Assembly: GCF_001194135.2 (NCBI RefSeq)
Contig: NC_068986.1
Span: 4,283,735-4,347,734, forward strand
DNA from: Octopus bimaculoides
Taxonomy: Eukaryota
Reading direction: 5' to 3'
Length of the DNA: 64,000 nt
The position numbers and the translations under genes are program-made. Under the pieces are notes generated by a model, which saw only the letters and a list, made by a program, of their open reading frames with translations, ran no database searches and was not told where the DNA came from. Within the stretch, counting starts at the first letter, position 1, and each line of letters starts with the position of its first letter. Below, one piece after another: positions 51,909 to 64,000 of this stretch.

Positions 51909-54339
51909 CTGTTAGAGTATATGGAAATATCAGTGCTTAGCGGTGTATATTGCATTATTAGCATATAATGTTTCTATTGGCGTACATTAATTATATTAGC
52001 ATCAACTCTATAGCTAGAAGTGATTTGCATGCAGGAGTTTAAATTAAGAAAATATAAAATATTTTTAATAAACTGCAGTATAACAGAATGTTATCAGTTC
52101 TTATTTTAAGCTTGTATATTTAATGTTTCACTGATTGTGTAGTCCCCAGTGGTGGGTGAGCAGGAAGCAGGAACATTCATGCTTACTGAAATGAAATTTT
52201 CTTCAAAAAGAACTAAAACCAGATTATAGGTTAAGCTAATAAAGAAACTACTGCAGTCTATGGTGGTAATTATTTTTATATATTTGTGTAATTATGCCAT
52301 GTGTGTGTTTGTTTACATAAAATCAGTACATTAAGTAATGTTCATACAAGCCTGTCTGCTTGTCGTTTATATTGATTCAAATAACAATTAAGATAAATGT
52401 AAACATGTTATCTCACTAAAAAATATGGTAATGATAAACGAATGAATAAATAATAAAATAAAATAAATATATGAATATAAAATTGGAAAGAAAGCAAATT
52501 TGTCTAGCCTTTCACCTGTTTCATTCCTGTGACAAATTCTTTTGATGCTGTATTAATCTTTTTTTTTTAAATGTCCCAAAAAAGTAATGATAAAACCAAA
52601 GTAAATATAATTAAATTATTAGTGTTGTTGTTATGTGTTATGATTCTTTCTCTATATGACTGTTGTGATTGAGAAAGTTTACTATAAACTAAGGTTTCAT
52701 TCTACTACTTGTTTACAGCTATAACATCTACTGTTTGGAAGTGAAGAAGAGACTTGTTTTATCTTGTTAATATCAATACTGTAGCTTAGTGAAACAAAAA
52801 TCTATTCTTTCACTGTCTTTGATGGATTTTGTATAAATGTCACTTTAGCATAATCTGCAAGATAACAGTTTTTATGCCATCAAAGCAATTTCATTCACAA
52901 CTTTTACCCTATTTCATGCTTTTTTGATAACATTTTCAGGTTTCATTATGTTATCTCTTGTAGATTGTTACATCAATAAACTCTGATTAGTAACAAATTC
53001 CTAATTGTCAAAAATCTCAAAGATAGCTGTCTATAAATAAAAGATACTGTAAATTTTTTTTCTGATCATTAATTACTTGCAAGACTCAAGAGACTTCCAT
53101 GGTTTTTAATGTTTATATTTCTAGTTTGTTGCACAAATTCAGAGACAGTTTATAAGATCTTTGTGATATTGTTACAAGTTTCAGTTATGTCTTTGTGTTC
53201 CATAGTTAACATTGCTTTTCTGACATTTTGTTACAAGCATAAAGTTGTTAAAAGTCTAACTCAAATTTGTTTCATTACATTAAAGATTTTGTTCGTACCT
53301 TAAATTTTGTTCCATAGTTATGGTTCTTTGCAGCATAACACAGTAACACATGTAACAAATGGAAATATATTATAGATTTTTAAATGAATATTCATTTTCA
53401 GAAAATATTGCTATTCAATAAACACTGTTAAGGAAGTCAGTTTGTAAAAGGTGATAGGATTTGTAGCAGATGGAAAATGAGAAAATTGGGTCATTTTTGC
53501 CATTGCTAAGGGAATGCAATCACTTAATCAATTAGAAACAGCAGCCAGTTCTTCCTCAAATCACACCTACTCACTTAAAATACAGAAAGGGTACATTAAA
53601 TAACATAGGCTATGATATCCTTAAATGTACTTAAATTAGGTTCCAATGAACCTCAGGGTTTCATGACAAAAAAAGTGGGGTTCTGTGAATTTTTATTTCA
53701 TTTTATGTCTTATTTAACTGTAAGATGGTAGGAATTATCCATAAAATATAGGCAGAGAGTTTGTATGAACTGTCTGAAAATCATATGATGGATTTTCACA
53801 CTAAAACAAGTTTAGGAGCTGTTGCACTAAAAAATAAAACGGTCATAACTGGAACACCCTTTGACAAAGTTGCTTGATCAGGATTGACCTGAAGGTACAA
53901 CAACAACAACAATAAAAAGCAATGTAAGTATTAATGATTTTACTTGCCCAGAATTCAATACTGATCCCAGAACTGACCATAAAAAGCAATTTTGTATTGA
54001 AAAAAGTCTCTTCCCAAAGTTACAAGCTAACTTTTGAAACAAATCAAAAAAATATTATTCTGACTCCACTTTTCCATTTTTTTTTTTTTTTATATATCTT
54101 TATTTTTAATTAAATTTTTTGCTAATGTTTACCAGCATCAGTTTCAGAATTAATTTCTGTTTTAACTGATCCAAAATTATTGCCATTCCTTTTCTCAAGG
54201 ATTCACTATTGTGAGAAAAATTACAAATAGAAGAAAACAATAGATTTGATGTCTTTTGCTCAAATTGCCATGACTTTTTCTCCTTCTTTCTGTTATCAAA
54301 ATCTATGTTACCTTACTCCCATATTGAATTTATTAGAGT

Positions 54340-54545
54340 CTGGTACCATATCTTTTTATTGGTCTCTTACATCACATTGTTTTATTCGTGAATGGTATTA
54401 CATCTTTTATTGGCGTCTGCTATCATCTTTTTATTGGTGGCTGATATTACATCATTTTATAAGTGTCTGTCTGTTACCATTATCTTTTTATTAATGTCTT
54501 GATACATCTTTTTATTATTAGATGAGTCCTACATCTTCTTACTAT
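54340..54545. repeat. Degenerate ~25-30-bp tandem repeat
   Basis: Recurrent (T)ACATCTTTTTATTGG..TCTG units. Confidence 0.6.
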
Positions 54546-54971
54546 GTTTTTACTATTTGTTTTTTTTTTACTTTTTTGTTTTAATTGTCCTATTTTTCAC
54601 TTAATGGCTTTATTTACCCATATATTTGTTGTTAAATTCTGCCTGGACTGAGTTTTCTGTATTTAAGTAATAAAGTAATATTGAATCAATTTAGCTATCT
54701 GGGAGTTACTGTCTTGAGATCAAAGGCACATAAGATAAAGACTTAGATTTTATAGTCACATTAAGAAAAGTAGCTTTATATAAGCAGAGAAAAGGATAAG
54801 AGAAAGAAAAATAAGAGAGTTAATTTTTTACCATGTTTTCATTTATTTTAAAGCCATTTATAACAAGCAGGTAAAATTTTGTTCATTATTTAGAATGAAT
54901 TTAGTATAAATTATTTACTACAAAGGCAGTGAGCTGGCTGAATTGTTTGAGCATTGGACAAAAGGAGTTGC

Positions 54972-55270
54972 TATGGCTGTGTGGTGAAGAAGTTTGCTTC
55001 CTGACTGCATAATTTTGGGTTCAATCTCACTGTGTGACACTCTGGGCAAACATCTTCTACTATAGCCCCAGGCTGACCAATACTTCATTGTGACTGGATC
55101 TAGTAGATGGAAACTGAAAGAAGCTGGTTTTGTGTGTGTGTATGTGTGTGTGTGTGTGTATGTGTGTGTGTGTGTGCATGACTTCTTGCAGTGGTTGTAA
55201 ATGAGTGTCACTGTCATACAAGCAGTGTCGTTCATTTTCTGATATTCTACAAAAACATGTCTAACCATGG
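54972..55270 (+). mobile_element. SINE family A, preceded by a SINE B head (~54905-54970)
   Basis: Head, core, (TG)n and alternative body. Confidence 0.7.
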
Positions 55271-56829
55271 GGACACATTTGATAATATAATTGAAGTTCA
55301 TTTTCTTGGTATCTCTACTGTAATCAGAAGATGAATAAAACAAACTCCTTAAAAATATTCTAACTTTACAAATAATTTAAAATTAGCTTGGGATTAATCT
55401 CCAAAAATTTATCAAGTATTTTTCCTTAAAAGGATATAAAAAGAGAAATTTATTTTGACAAAATAGGTATTCAAATTTTTAAATTACAGAATATGATAGC
55501 ATTATTTCCCCAGACAAATGAGGTAATACTTCATTCTGTTTTATTATATATGTTCAAATTATATAACTGAATAAAAAACCCCATAAAATTTCAACAGTGC
55601 TGGTTAGCACTAACATAAAAAAATGGAAATGCTTATAATTTTCAGTGATCATCCTTAAATAATGTTTCTTAGGAAGCTTTCTTTTAAAATTATTAAATAA
55701 TTACTGATATTAAGAGTAAAACTTTTTTAACAAATGTTTGAAAAATAACTTTCATTTGAAAAACATGAATGAATATAAACTGGAATGCTTTAAGTATTTT
55801 CCTATTTGAATTTTTTTCCCCTGCAAATCTGAATATGATTAATCAGATAAATTGTTATGAGAAAGTGAACAAAAAATTATATCAGACTAGCATTGGAGTA
55901 GCAGTTTTATAATTTGCATTTGTTTTCAGTTGATTGAAAATATTAGTTTAAATACATCTATTGTGTAGAACATAAACAATACAAAATATTTTATACATGA
56001 AGTACAGAAAGAACATGATTCACTACAGGAAATCCCATGTTTGGAATCTGACAGATTCTAAGAAACTTACTTTAAACTTCAAAGGGATTACAAAATATTG
56101 TTCCTTTCATTTCTTCTGTTCCTTCAAAATACGTTTTTTTTTTTAAATTTTAAATGCTAGTGTTACCTTTTCCATTCTTTCCCATTTTTTTCTTTTTGAT
56201 GATTCCTTTGAAGTTTTGAAAGCATTTGTTATGTTAGGAAACAGGTCTTGTGTTTCCAAAGAAATTTATTATGATTGGTATTTTGTTCCTGTTGGGGTCT
56301 GTATAAATAGAAAAGAACAAAACAAAGAAAAGAATGTTCTATTTTCTCTTAGTTATGAAGCATTTATTAAACGTGTCATTGTTAAGTTTTTCATGTCTTC
56401 TTTACAAATGAAAAATATTTTCTTTCATTTATCAAAAGCAGCATTTAACTCCATAACAGATTTGATTTACTTCAACTGCAAACATTTGTTATATCTTCTG
56501 AATTTTACAAGAACAAAAGAATTTTAGCTGCAAAAGGAGATATTAATTAAGCTAAATAGGCCACTGTAAAATATTGGTGTTCTTTGCTCCCTCATATTCT
56601 TTATATTCTTGTTTCCATGGTGAGAATTTCAACATTGTCAACATAAATGTTGAAAGCCATCTTAGCTTATCAGACATACTATGAAAACTTCAGTCACATG
56701 TAAATTCTGGCGACAACTTTTTACTTTAGAAAAAATGTTTTGATTTCTTTTTACCTATATTTTAAAATAAAATGTCTGTGAAGACTAAATTTTAAAATAA
56801 GCTTTGTTAAAATAAATTCTATTTTAGTA

Positions 56830-58670
56830 ATCATCATCATCCTCACCATCGTTTAACGTCCACTTTCCATGCTGGTATGGGTTGGACGGTTTGATTGATG
56901 ACTGGTGAGCCAGATTGCTGCACCAGGCTCCAATCTGATCTGGCAGAGTTTCTACAGCTGGATGCCCTTCCTAACACCAACCACTCTGAGAGTGTAGTGG
57001 GTGCTTTTACATGCCACCAGCATGAGAGCCAGTCAAGTGGTACTGGTAACGGCCATACTCAAATAGTATTTTTTACATGCCACCTGCACAGGAGCCAGTA
57101 TAGCGGCACTGGCAACAACCTTGCTTGAATGTTGTTTTTCATATGCCATTGGCACAAGTGCCAGTAAGACAACGTTGGTAAAGATCATGCTCGAATGGTG
57201 CTCTTTATGTGCCACCAGCATGGGAGCCAGTTAACGGCCCTGGCAACGATCACACTTGGAGGGTGCTCTTAGCGCTCCACTAGCACGGATGCCAATCATA
57301 CAGTGCTGTCATCGAATTTGATTTCAATTTCACTTGCCTCAGCAAGTCTTTGCAAGCAGAGTTTAGTGTCCAATGAAGGAAAGGTATGCATAAGTGGGCT
57401 GGTTACACCACTGGCATAAGCCACGGGTTATGGTCTCACTTGGCTTGCTGGGTCTTCTCAAGCACAGCATATTTCCAATGGTCTTGGTCACTAGTCATTG
57501 CCTCGGTGAGGTCTAATGTTCGAAGGTCATGCTTCACCACCTCATCCCAGGTCTTCCTGGGTCTACCTCATTCACGGGTTCCCTCAACCGCTAGGGTGTG
57601 GCNNNNNNNNNNTACCTCATTCACGGGTTCCCTCAACCGCTAGGGTGTGGCACTTTTTCACACAGCTATCCTCATCCATTCTCACCACATGATCATACCA
57701 GCGCAGTCGTCTCTTTTGCACACCATATCTGATGCTTCTTAGGTCCAACTTTTCTCTCAAGGCACTTACACTCTGTTGAGTATTCACACTGACGTTACAC
57801 ATCCAGCAGAGCATGCTGGCTTCATTCCTTGCAAGCTTACGCATGTCCTCAGCAGTCACAGTCCATGTGTCACTGCCATGTAACATAGCTGTTTGTACAT
57901 ATGTGTCATACAGTCTACTTTTTACTGTGAGCGAGAGGCCCTTTGTCACCAGCAGTGGTAGGAGCTATCTGAACTTTGCTCAGGCTATTCTTATTCTAGC
58001 AGCTACACTTTCAGAGCACCCACCCCCGCTACTGAATTGGTCACCTAGGTAACAGAAGCTGTCAACTACTTCTAGTTTTTGTCCTTGGAATGTGGCAGAA
58101 GTTGTTCTCTGCACATTTTCAGTGTTTATTGTTCCTGAGCATCTGCCACATACAAAAACTATCTTCCCAGTTAACCTTCCTTTGATATTGCTGCACCTCT
58201 TATATGTCCATAGCTTACACTGGGTACATCTTATAGTTTCTACCTATGCCTTTTCTACAGATCAAGCAGGGCCATCTATCTGAAGGGATTTGCGGTTTGT
58301 CTGCCTTCCTACTTATTAGGACTTTGGTTTTAGCTAGGTTGACTCTAAGACCCTTCGATTCTAGTCCTTGTTTTCACACCTGAAACTTCTCCCCAAGTTC
58401 TGATAGTGACTCAGCAATTAGAGCAAGGTCATCAGCATAGAGGAACTCCCAGGGGCATCCTGTTTTGAATTCCTCTGTTATTGCCTGTAGGACTATGATG
58501 AATAGGAGGGGGATGAGGACTGAACCTTGGTGAACCCCTACCTCTAGCCGGAATTCTTCACTGTACTCGCTGCCAACCCTCACCTTACTGACAGCGTCCC
58601 TGTACATGGCTCGCACAGCTCTCACTAACCATTCTTTTATCCCTAGTTTCTTCAACTGTCTTATCATAAA
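56830..58670 (-). mobile_element. 5'-truncated RTE LINE (RT C-terminal half plus 3' UTR), disrupted
   Basis: KLGIKEWLVRAVRAMY...GVHQGSVL.PLLFIIVL...CPWEFLYADDLALIAES; MLHGSDTW; RRLRWYDH; repeat-rich UTR; (GAT)n tail. Confidence 0.95.
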
Positions 58671-59164
58671 CTTTTAGAAAAATGATTACTTTATTCCTGT
58701 ATACAAGATCTGATTGTGCAAAAATCATTTGATTCCATTGTCAGACAAAATGATATGCAATATCTCTCCCAGCTCATTGTGTTTGGTGTTAACCTCAGTG
58801 AGGTTAACTGTATTTCAGCCCTCCAAAATTGGAGATATATTGAGTACCATTAAAGTTCCAGGTTGTTGATGTAATTGACTAATATCCTTCACTCAAAAAT
58901 TTCTGTCCTCATGCCTAAGTTAGAAACACCTTATTGATATCTTAATTGCTTGAAGACACCAGAAAAAGAAAATTTGACTCCTGTGACCAGGGCTACACCC
59001 CTTCCTTGGACAAATCAATGTATGGGGTTCTATAATGTGTATTTATTCACAGCAACTCACAACATACAAGGATCAGAACTGAGCACCAAGACCCATGATG
59101 CCCTTGGGCAACTGCCCAGTATACCCATGTCTTAAGTCTGTAGCATAAAACTAAATATTGGTTT

Positions 59165-59345
59165 CAATTTTTGGCACAAGGTGAGTTATGTCAGAGAGGG
59201 GTAAGTCGGTTATATTGACTTCACTGCTACTTATTCAACTGGTACTTATTTTATCAACCCCAAAAGGATGAAAGACAAAGCTGACTCCAAAGAAAAGCCA
59301 TCAAGCATTTTGTCTGGTGGGGTTAACGACTCTGCTGGGTTGTTG
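59165..59345 (-). mobile_element. SINE family B
   Basis: Homologous to 60260-60428. Further partial copies lie at ~59840-59945 and ~63070-63165. Confidence 0.7.
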
Positions 59346-60259
59346 CTTGAGACATGAAACTAACTATTAAAAAGGATTTACTTTAGTGTTCTAGTGTAGA
59401 GATTTTCAACCTTTTGTAACTTAGCCCTCCCTTTCACTGAACAGCATTTACAAACACCCTTTTTCGATATTTTACAAGAAAAAAAGTGGGGTTGAAAAAT
59501 CAGATTATTTTAATCTAACTGTAGTTAATTTTGTACAATGTTTTAGCATCAGTTATGTTTCTGCTCACTGATAAAGTAATGTCTTACTTATGATCTAATC
59601 CTGACAAAGATTGTTTTGAAAAATGTCTTTAAAATATATGCACTGTATCTAAGAAAAAAATCACAACCTCTCTTAACACCTATTGCCCCTTCCTAGTTCC
59701 CTTGGCATTTGTTGCACCCTTACAAGTTCACAATGCTCTTAAGAGCAGAGCTCTACCATTCAGATGAAAAAGCATCATTCTAGTGACTGCATTAATTCCA
59801 CTACCTCTGATTAAATGATGCTAATTAATAATTCTACTTTTTGGCACAAGACCAGTAATTTTGAGAGGAGGAAGTTAGTCCATTATATTAACCTCCGGGG
59901 TTCAACTGGTATGTATTTTATCAACCCCAAAAAGATGAAAGGCAAAAAGAGCTTGTGCAAATACCAGTATATCTGATGCTTAAATGAGAATGCTCCTCTC
60001 TTATCCTTGATAATAATTTCTGAGTTACACATAAGGCCAGAAATTTGAGGGAAGGGGAGCAGTTGACTAAATCATTCCCATTTTAGCAACCCTGAAAGAA
60101 GTTAGAACAAATATAAGGTATTTTGTTCTACACTCTAGCACTTCCACTAGTCCTGGTGTCAAACCCTGATAGATGGTGGTAAAAATTGTGAAAGGGTCTA
60201 GTTGATTTAATCAACTTTACTATTGAAGGGATTAAAAATATATTTGTTAACCAGCAGAA

Positions 60260-60428
60260 GACAGCAAGCTGACAGAATCATTAGCACATCAGGTGAAATA
60301 CTTAGCAATATTTTGTCCATCCTTATGTTCTGAGTTCAAATTCCGCCAAGGTCAACTTTGACTTTCATCCTTTTGGAGTCAATAAAATAAGTACCAGTTG
60401 AACACTGGGGTTGATGTAATCGACTTAA
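60260..60428 (+). mobile_element. SINE family B, best-preserved copy
   Basis: A-box-like GCTGACAGAATCATTAGC, B-box GAGTTCAAATTCC and AATAAGTACCAGTTGAACACTGGGG. Confidence 0.85.
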
Positions 60429-61299
60429 CTGCTCCTAGATAAGAGTATAAAAACTGCACAATTCTCTGAAGTCATGTCAAGCCAGTTTGGCAGAGTAGTC
60501 TCATCAAACTAGTATGATCTCAAGCTCAAATTCTTGGCCTCCACATCAGGTTGTTGTTAGTGGAGAGAACATGCTGAGGCCTTGGTCCTGCAGTGAACTA
60601 AATGTAAGTAATCCAATCCAATCCAAAAAGCAGTGACATAATTAACTTTTTTTTTTTTTATTTAGCATTTACTAATTTAACTCTTGACTGCCTTTGATTA
60701 CAGTATAAAGAGGCATAACTAATTATTGTGACACTTTTTACTTGGCATTCTACTTAATTAAACCACCCACTGTCATTAGTTATAATTATCATTATCATTA
60801 TTACAAAAAGGCTGGAAATATTTCATTACATACATTTATATATACATGATCACATATATATTTATATACACATACATATTCACACACATTTATTTACCCA
60901 AGCATATGCACTCACCCATATATGTATTCTGTATTTTCTGACCTACAAGTCTCACGTAGTATGTAGTGTAAACAAGTAGTGTAAATGTTCAGACATCACC
61001 TCCTTTTCAAATCCTGCAGCATTTCAGATGGAATTTTGGCTTCTCAAAAGTCGTTTTGGTGTACAGATTGACCTACCTTTCAACTTGCGTGCTGGAAAAT
61101 ATGGCATACATAAACAATTAGATTCACACTCATACTACGTATACAATTATACAAAGTCACATATTTATACATAAAAACATATACATTCATTCAATTTCAG
61201 TTAAGTTTTTTTATCAATGTGTATATCACGATGGTGAAAACAATCCCTTACCTTTTGAAATGCAGTGTTATAGAACGGTGCTTCATATTCTTTATACTG

Positions 61300-61640
61300 A
61301 GCATTCAGTTGACAGTAGTGTTAAGAAAGAATTTTTTGAGAAGTCTATAAACCATGGAGCTATTCTGTCAGTTGTTTAAAAACAACAAATGAGGAGGTTT
61401 GGTCATGTAACAGGATTCTGACATTTTACCACTAGTGAATACAATCATAGATGAACCCTCATTAAAAAAAAAAAAGAAAAAATGTACAGAAAGACAACAA
61501 AGGGATTGATTGAACAACATGAAGAAATGGGCAGTGAGGAATAGAGGAAAACTTGATGTTGATTGATGACCAGGAAAAATAGGTGGAGGTGATTGTGTCT
61601 CTTGTGTACCTATGGCCTGCCTAGGAATTACGTTACATGG
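61300..61640 (+). mobile_element. Old RTE (second lineage) 3' remnant
   Basis: ILSVV*KQQMRRFGHVTG...NTIIDE... resembles the L..VKRRKL.WFGHVTR...TILQG C-terminus. Confidence 0.55.
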
Positions 61641-63174
61641 AATATACAATTTCTTGAAAGTACATCTATCATCATCATATGTGTTTTCTGGCACTATTAC
61701 TGTCCAAAGTGCAATTCTTCATGTAATCCCCATCAGTGTCTTGGCAATAATGTTTGTCCTTATTACTGTCCACATAGTTATTTGCTCTTTTCATACTAAC
61801 CCACCTGAGATGCCCCTGGTCCTATGATATAAAATTCTCATGTTTGAAGTGGTCTTAGTTAAAAGCCTTTAATCAATATTCAATTTTAATTTATGTTCCA
61901 AACACCAACTTAATAATGTCTAAATTATTTTACTAAATATTCTGTTATTTTAAACATTAGCAGGAATAAATTGCAGGGTATTTCAACAGAAATCTGATAA
62001 TGAAAGTAGAAGCAATAATAACAAGGATATTAATTATATTTACTTATTGTATTTGTTTTGCAAGATTCTCGATATGAAATTGTGCTGAGACAGATTTTGT
62101 TGTATCTTGGGACAGGAAGGGTCATTTTAACCTGTGAAAATACAGAGTTTGTGACTATGATAGTATCTGAAGCAGCTGTGGGTTGCAAGTGGCAATAGAA
62201 GTACTTTGACAAACCAACTAACTCACGGAGTAGTCAAACAATTGGCTGAGCAACCAATTAGTTAATTAGTTAATTATTTCACTAGTTCTCAAACAATGAT
62301 AATCAAAATAAAAAGAAGCAAAATATAACCAGTGCATGTGATTTTATTAGCAAACTGGCCCTCCCAAAGTAAAAATTATTAATTATCATTTATCCAGCGA
62401 TTGCATATTTATATGTTTAGATACAGTTATATCTGGTTGTTATGTGATGCTTTTACAAAAAGACATTCCATTTTCTTTTTTATTATTCACAAAAAAAAAA
62501 ACTGAAAAATATTCCAAGTGCATAGAGATTGAAATATAAACAAAGCATAAATTCAATCTTAATGCCACACAAACTGTTTGTAGATTTCCATATTTCTTTC
62601 ACTTTTGGATTTTAATAGACTAATCTTTATCTTTTGTTACATTAGATAAACTATTGTGTGTGTGTGTGTGTAAAATAACAAAAATTATTCTATTAAATAT
62701 TTTGTATTTAGTCTGTCCTCTCTCCATCCTTCCCCATATCACAATCTCTATTGAATGAAAGAAATATTATTGAGGAAAACTGTATTGAAAATATGGAATA
62801 GGATTAATCAGCTAGGATAAAAGACTAGCAAGTTGATCTACTTAATAAACATAACTGACTGACTGAAAAGTTATCTTTTACCTTGGCGGTAACTTTATAT
62901 TGAGTTTTGGAAAACATCTAACTGCTTAAAATGGAGATAAGACTTCCTCGCAGTTAATATGATGAAAGAATATGACTGTAATCTGGTTTAATAACTTTTA
63001 TGTTTTATTCTTTGCTTTTAATCAGTGTCAGATCTACTTAGGTTTTTACATATTCATGCACCTATGCATATTGGTTTCAAATTTTGGTCCAAAGCCAGCA
63101 ATTCTGGAGAGGAGTTAAGTTGATTACATCAACCCTCAGTGCTCATCTGGTACTTACCTTATCAAGCCCTAAAG

Positions 63175-63653
63175 CAGAGGTAGGGAAACTTTTTAGTGCA
63201 GTAGGCAAAAATTTCCCCCAAAATAGGTCCATGGGTAGATCACAAATTCTAACTCTTGTATTTGTGTAAATCTTGTATATATATCTATGTATAATTTGAT
63301 ATACATTAATAAAGATAACTTTAACACATCAAATTAACACATAACATCTTCATTAACGCTGCCACTGAATTTAGAACGTTTATATTACTTATGAGATATT
63401 CTATATATTTTGGCTAGAGTGTAGTTGGGTCTCAAGGGGGTGGTACAAACCTAGCAATGTGTTTTATAGTGAAAACAAAATTGCTGGATGATTTTCTGTT
63501 CAAGCTGTAGTGGAAACGCGACCTGTGTCACAAAGAGGCATACGAGTATTGTATAAATTTTAGAAGTGAGAAATTTACTATATTTTGTACATATGTGTAT
63601 ACCAGCCTGCGGGCACAATAAAATGCGTTTGCGGGGTATTTGCAAATACTCTG
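63175..63653. mobile_element. hAT (Charlie-like) MITE, degenerate
   Basis: CAGAGGTAGGGAAACTTTT left end, GCGGG subterminal motifs and TTTGCAAATACTCTG right end. No clear TSD. Confidence 0.5.
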
Positions 63654-63883
63654 AAACTAGTCTGTCGCTGTTGAACCAGCAAGAGGAAGCTGCTGACTTC
63701 CCCTGTTCAAAGGTTGTAATGGACACAGGTTTGTGTGTTGCATAGCTAGCTAGAGGTGGTGGCCCCTTGGAGCTAATCAACAGCAGCATTTGTCCTATTT
63801 TTCTGGACTGCCATGTTAGCTTGGCAATAGCTATTAATATCCAGTATTGCTGCCATAGTCTCCTTTAGAGAGATTTAGAAATA

Positions 63884-63919
<36 letters not shown>

Positions 63920-63921
<2 letters not shown>

Positions 63922-64000
63922 CCAAGTGAGATCGTTGCCAGTGCCCCTGGACTGGCTCTTGTGCGGGTGGCACATAAGATGCACCATTTTGAGCGTGACC
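63920..64000 (+). mobile_element. RTE 3' UTR fragment, cut by the window end
   Basis: GAGATCGTTGCCAGTGCCCCTGGACTGGC, as at 43735. Confidence 0.85.

Noticed and set aside
56216-56527. 103-aa plus-strand ORF
   Set aside because: AT-rich composition, no motif and no convincing splice sites on that strand.
57564-57651. 39-bp direct duplication inside the RTE, suggesting a TSD
   Set aside because: Identical sequence on both sides of a 10-N gap indicates an unmerged contig overlap. The same applies to 36925-37092.

Overview
AT-rich, repeat-dense eukaryotic (animal) genomic DNA with four N-gaps (4029-4391, 11653-11919, 37004-37013, 57603-57612). The SINE, RTE and MITE repertoire and the microsatellite load resemble octopus (coleoid cephalopod) DNA. 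This is inference from remembered repeat families and was not checked by a search. No rRNA, true tRNA, CRISPR array, operon or long intact ORF is present. Almost all ORFs in the supplied track come from microsatellites, minisatellites or decayed transposons. Well-supported content: many RTE LINE fragments (one 1.8-kb copy with the YADD motif), three tRNA-derived SINE families, a full-length dead Tc1 element nested in a SINE, a Helitron helicase remnant, a CR1/L2-like LINE remnant, a probable Merlin/IS1595-like transposase remnant, TTAA-flanked MITEs, hAT- and Tc1-type MITEs, several strong hairpins, and two prominent minisatellites (29 bp and 24 bp). A few short candidate exons suggest the window may be mostly intronic, but I could not identify a host gene or settle its strand. 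I found no convincing novel biological system; the findings are leads of modest strength.
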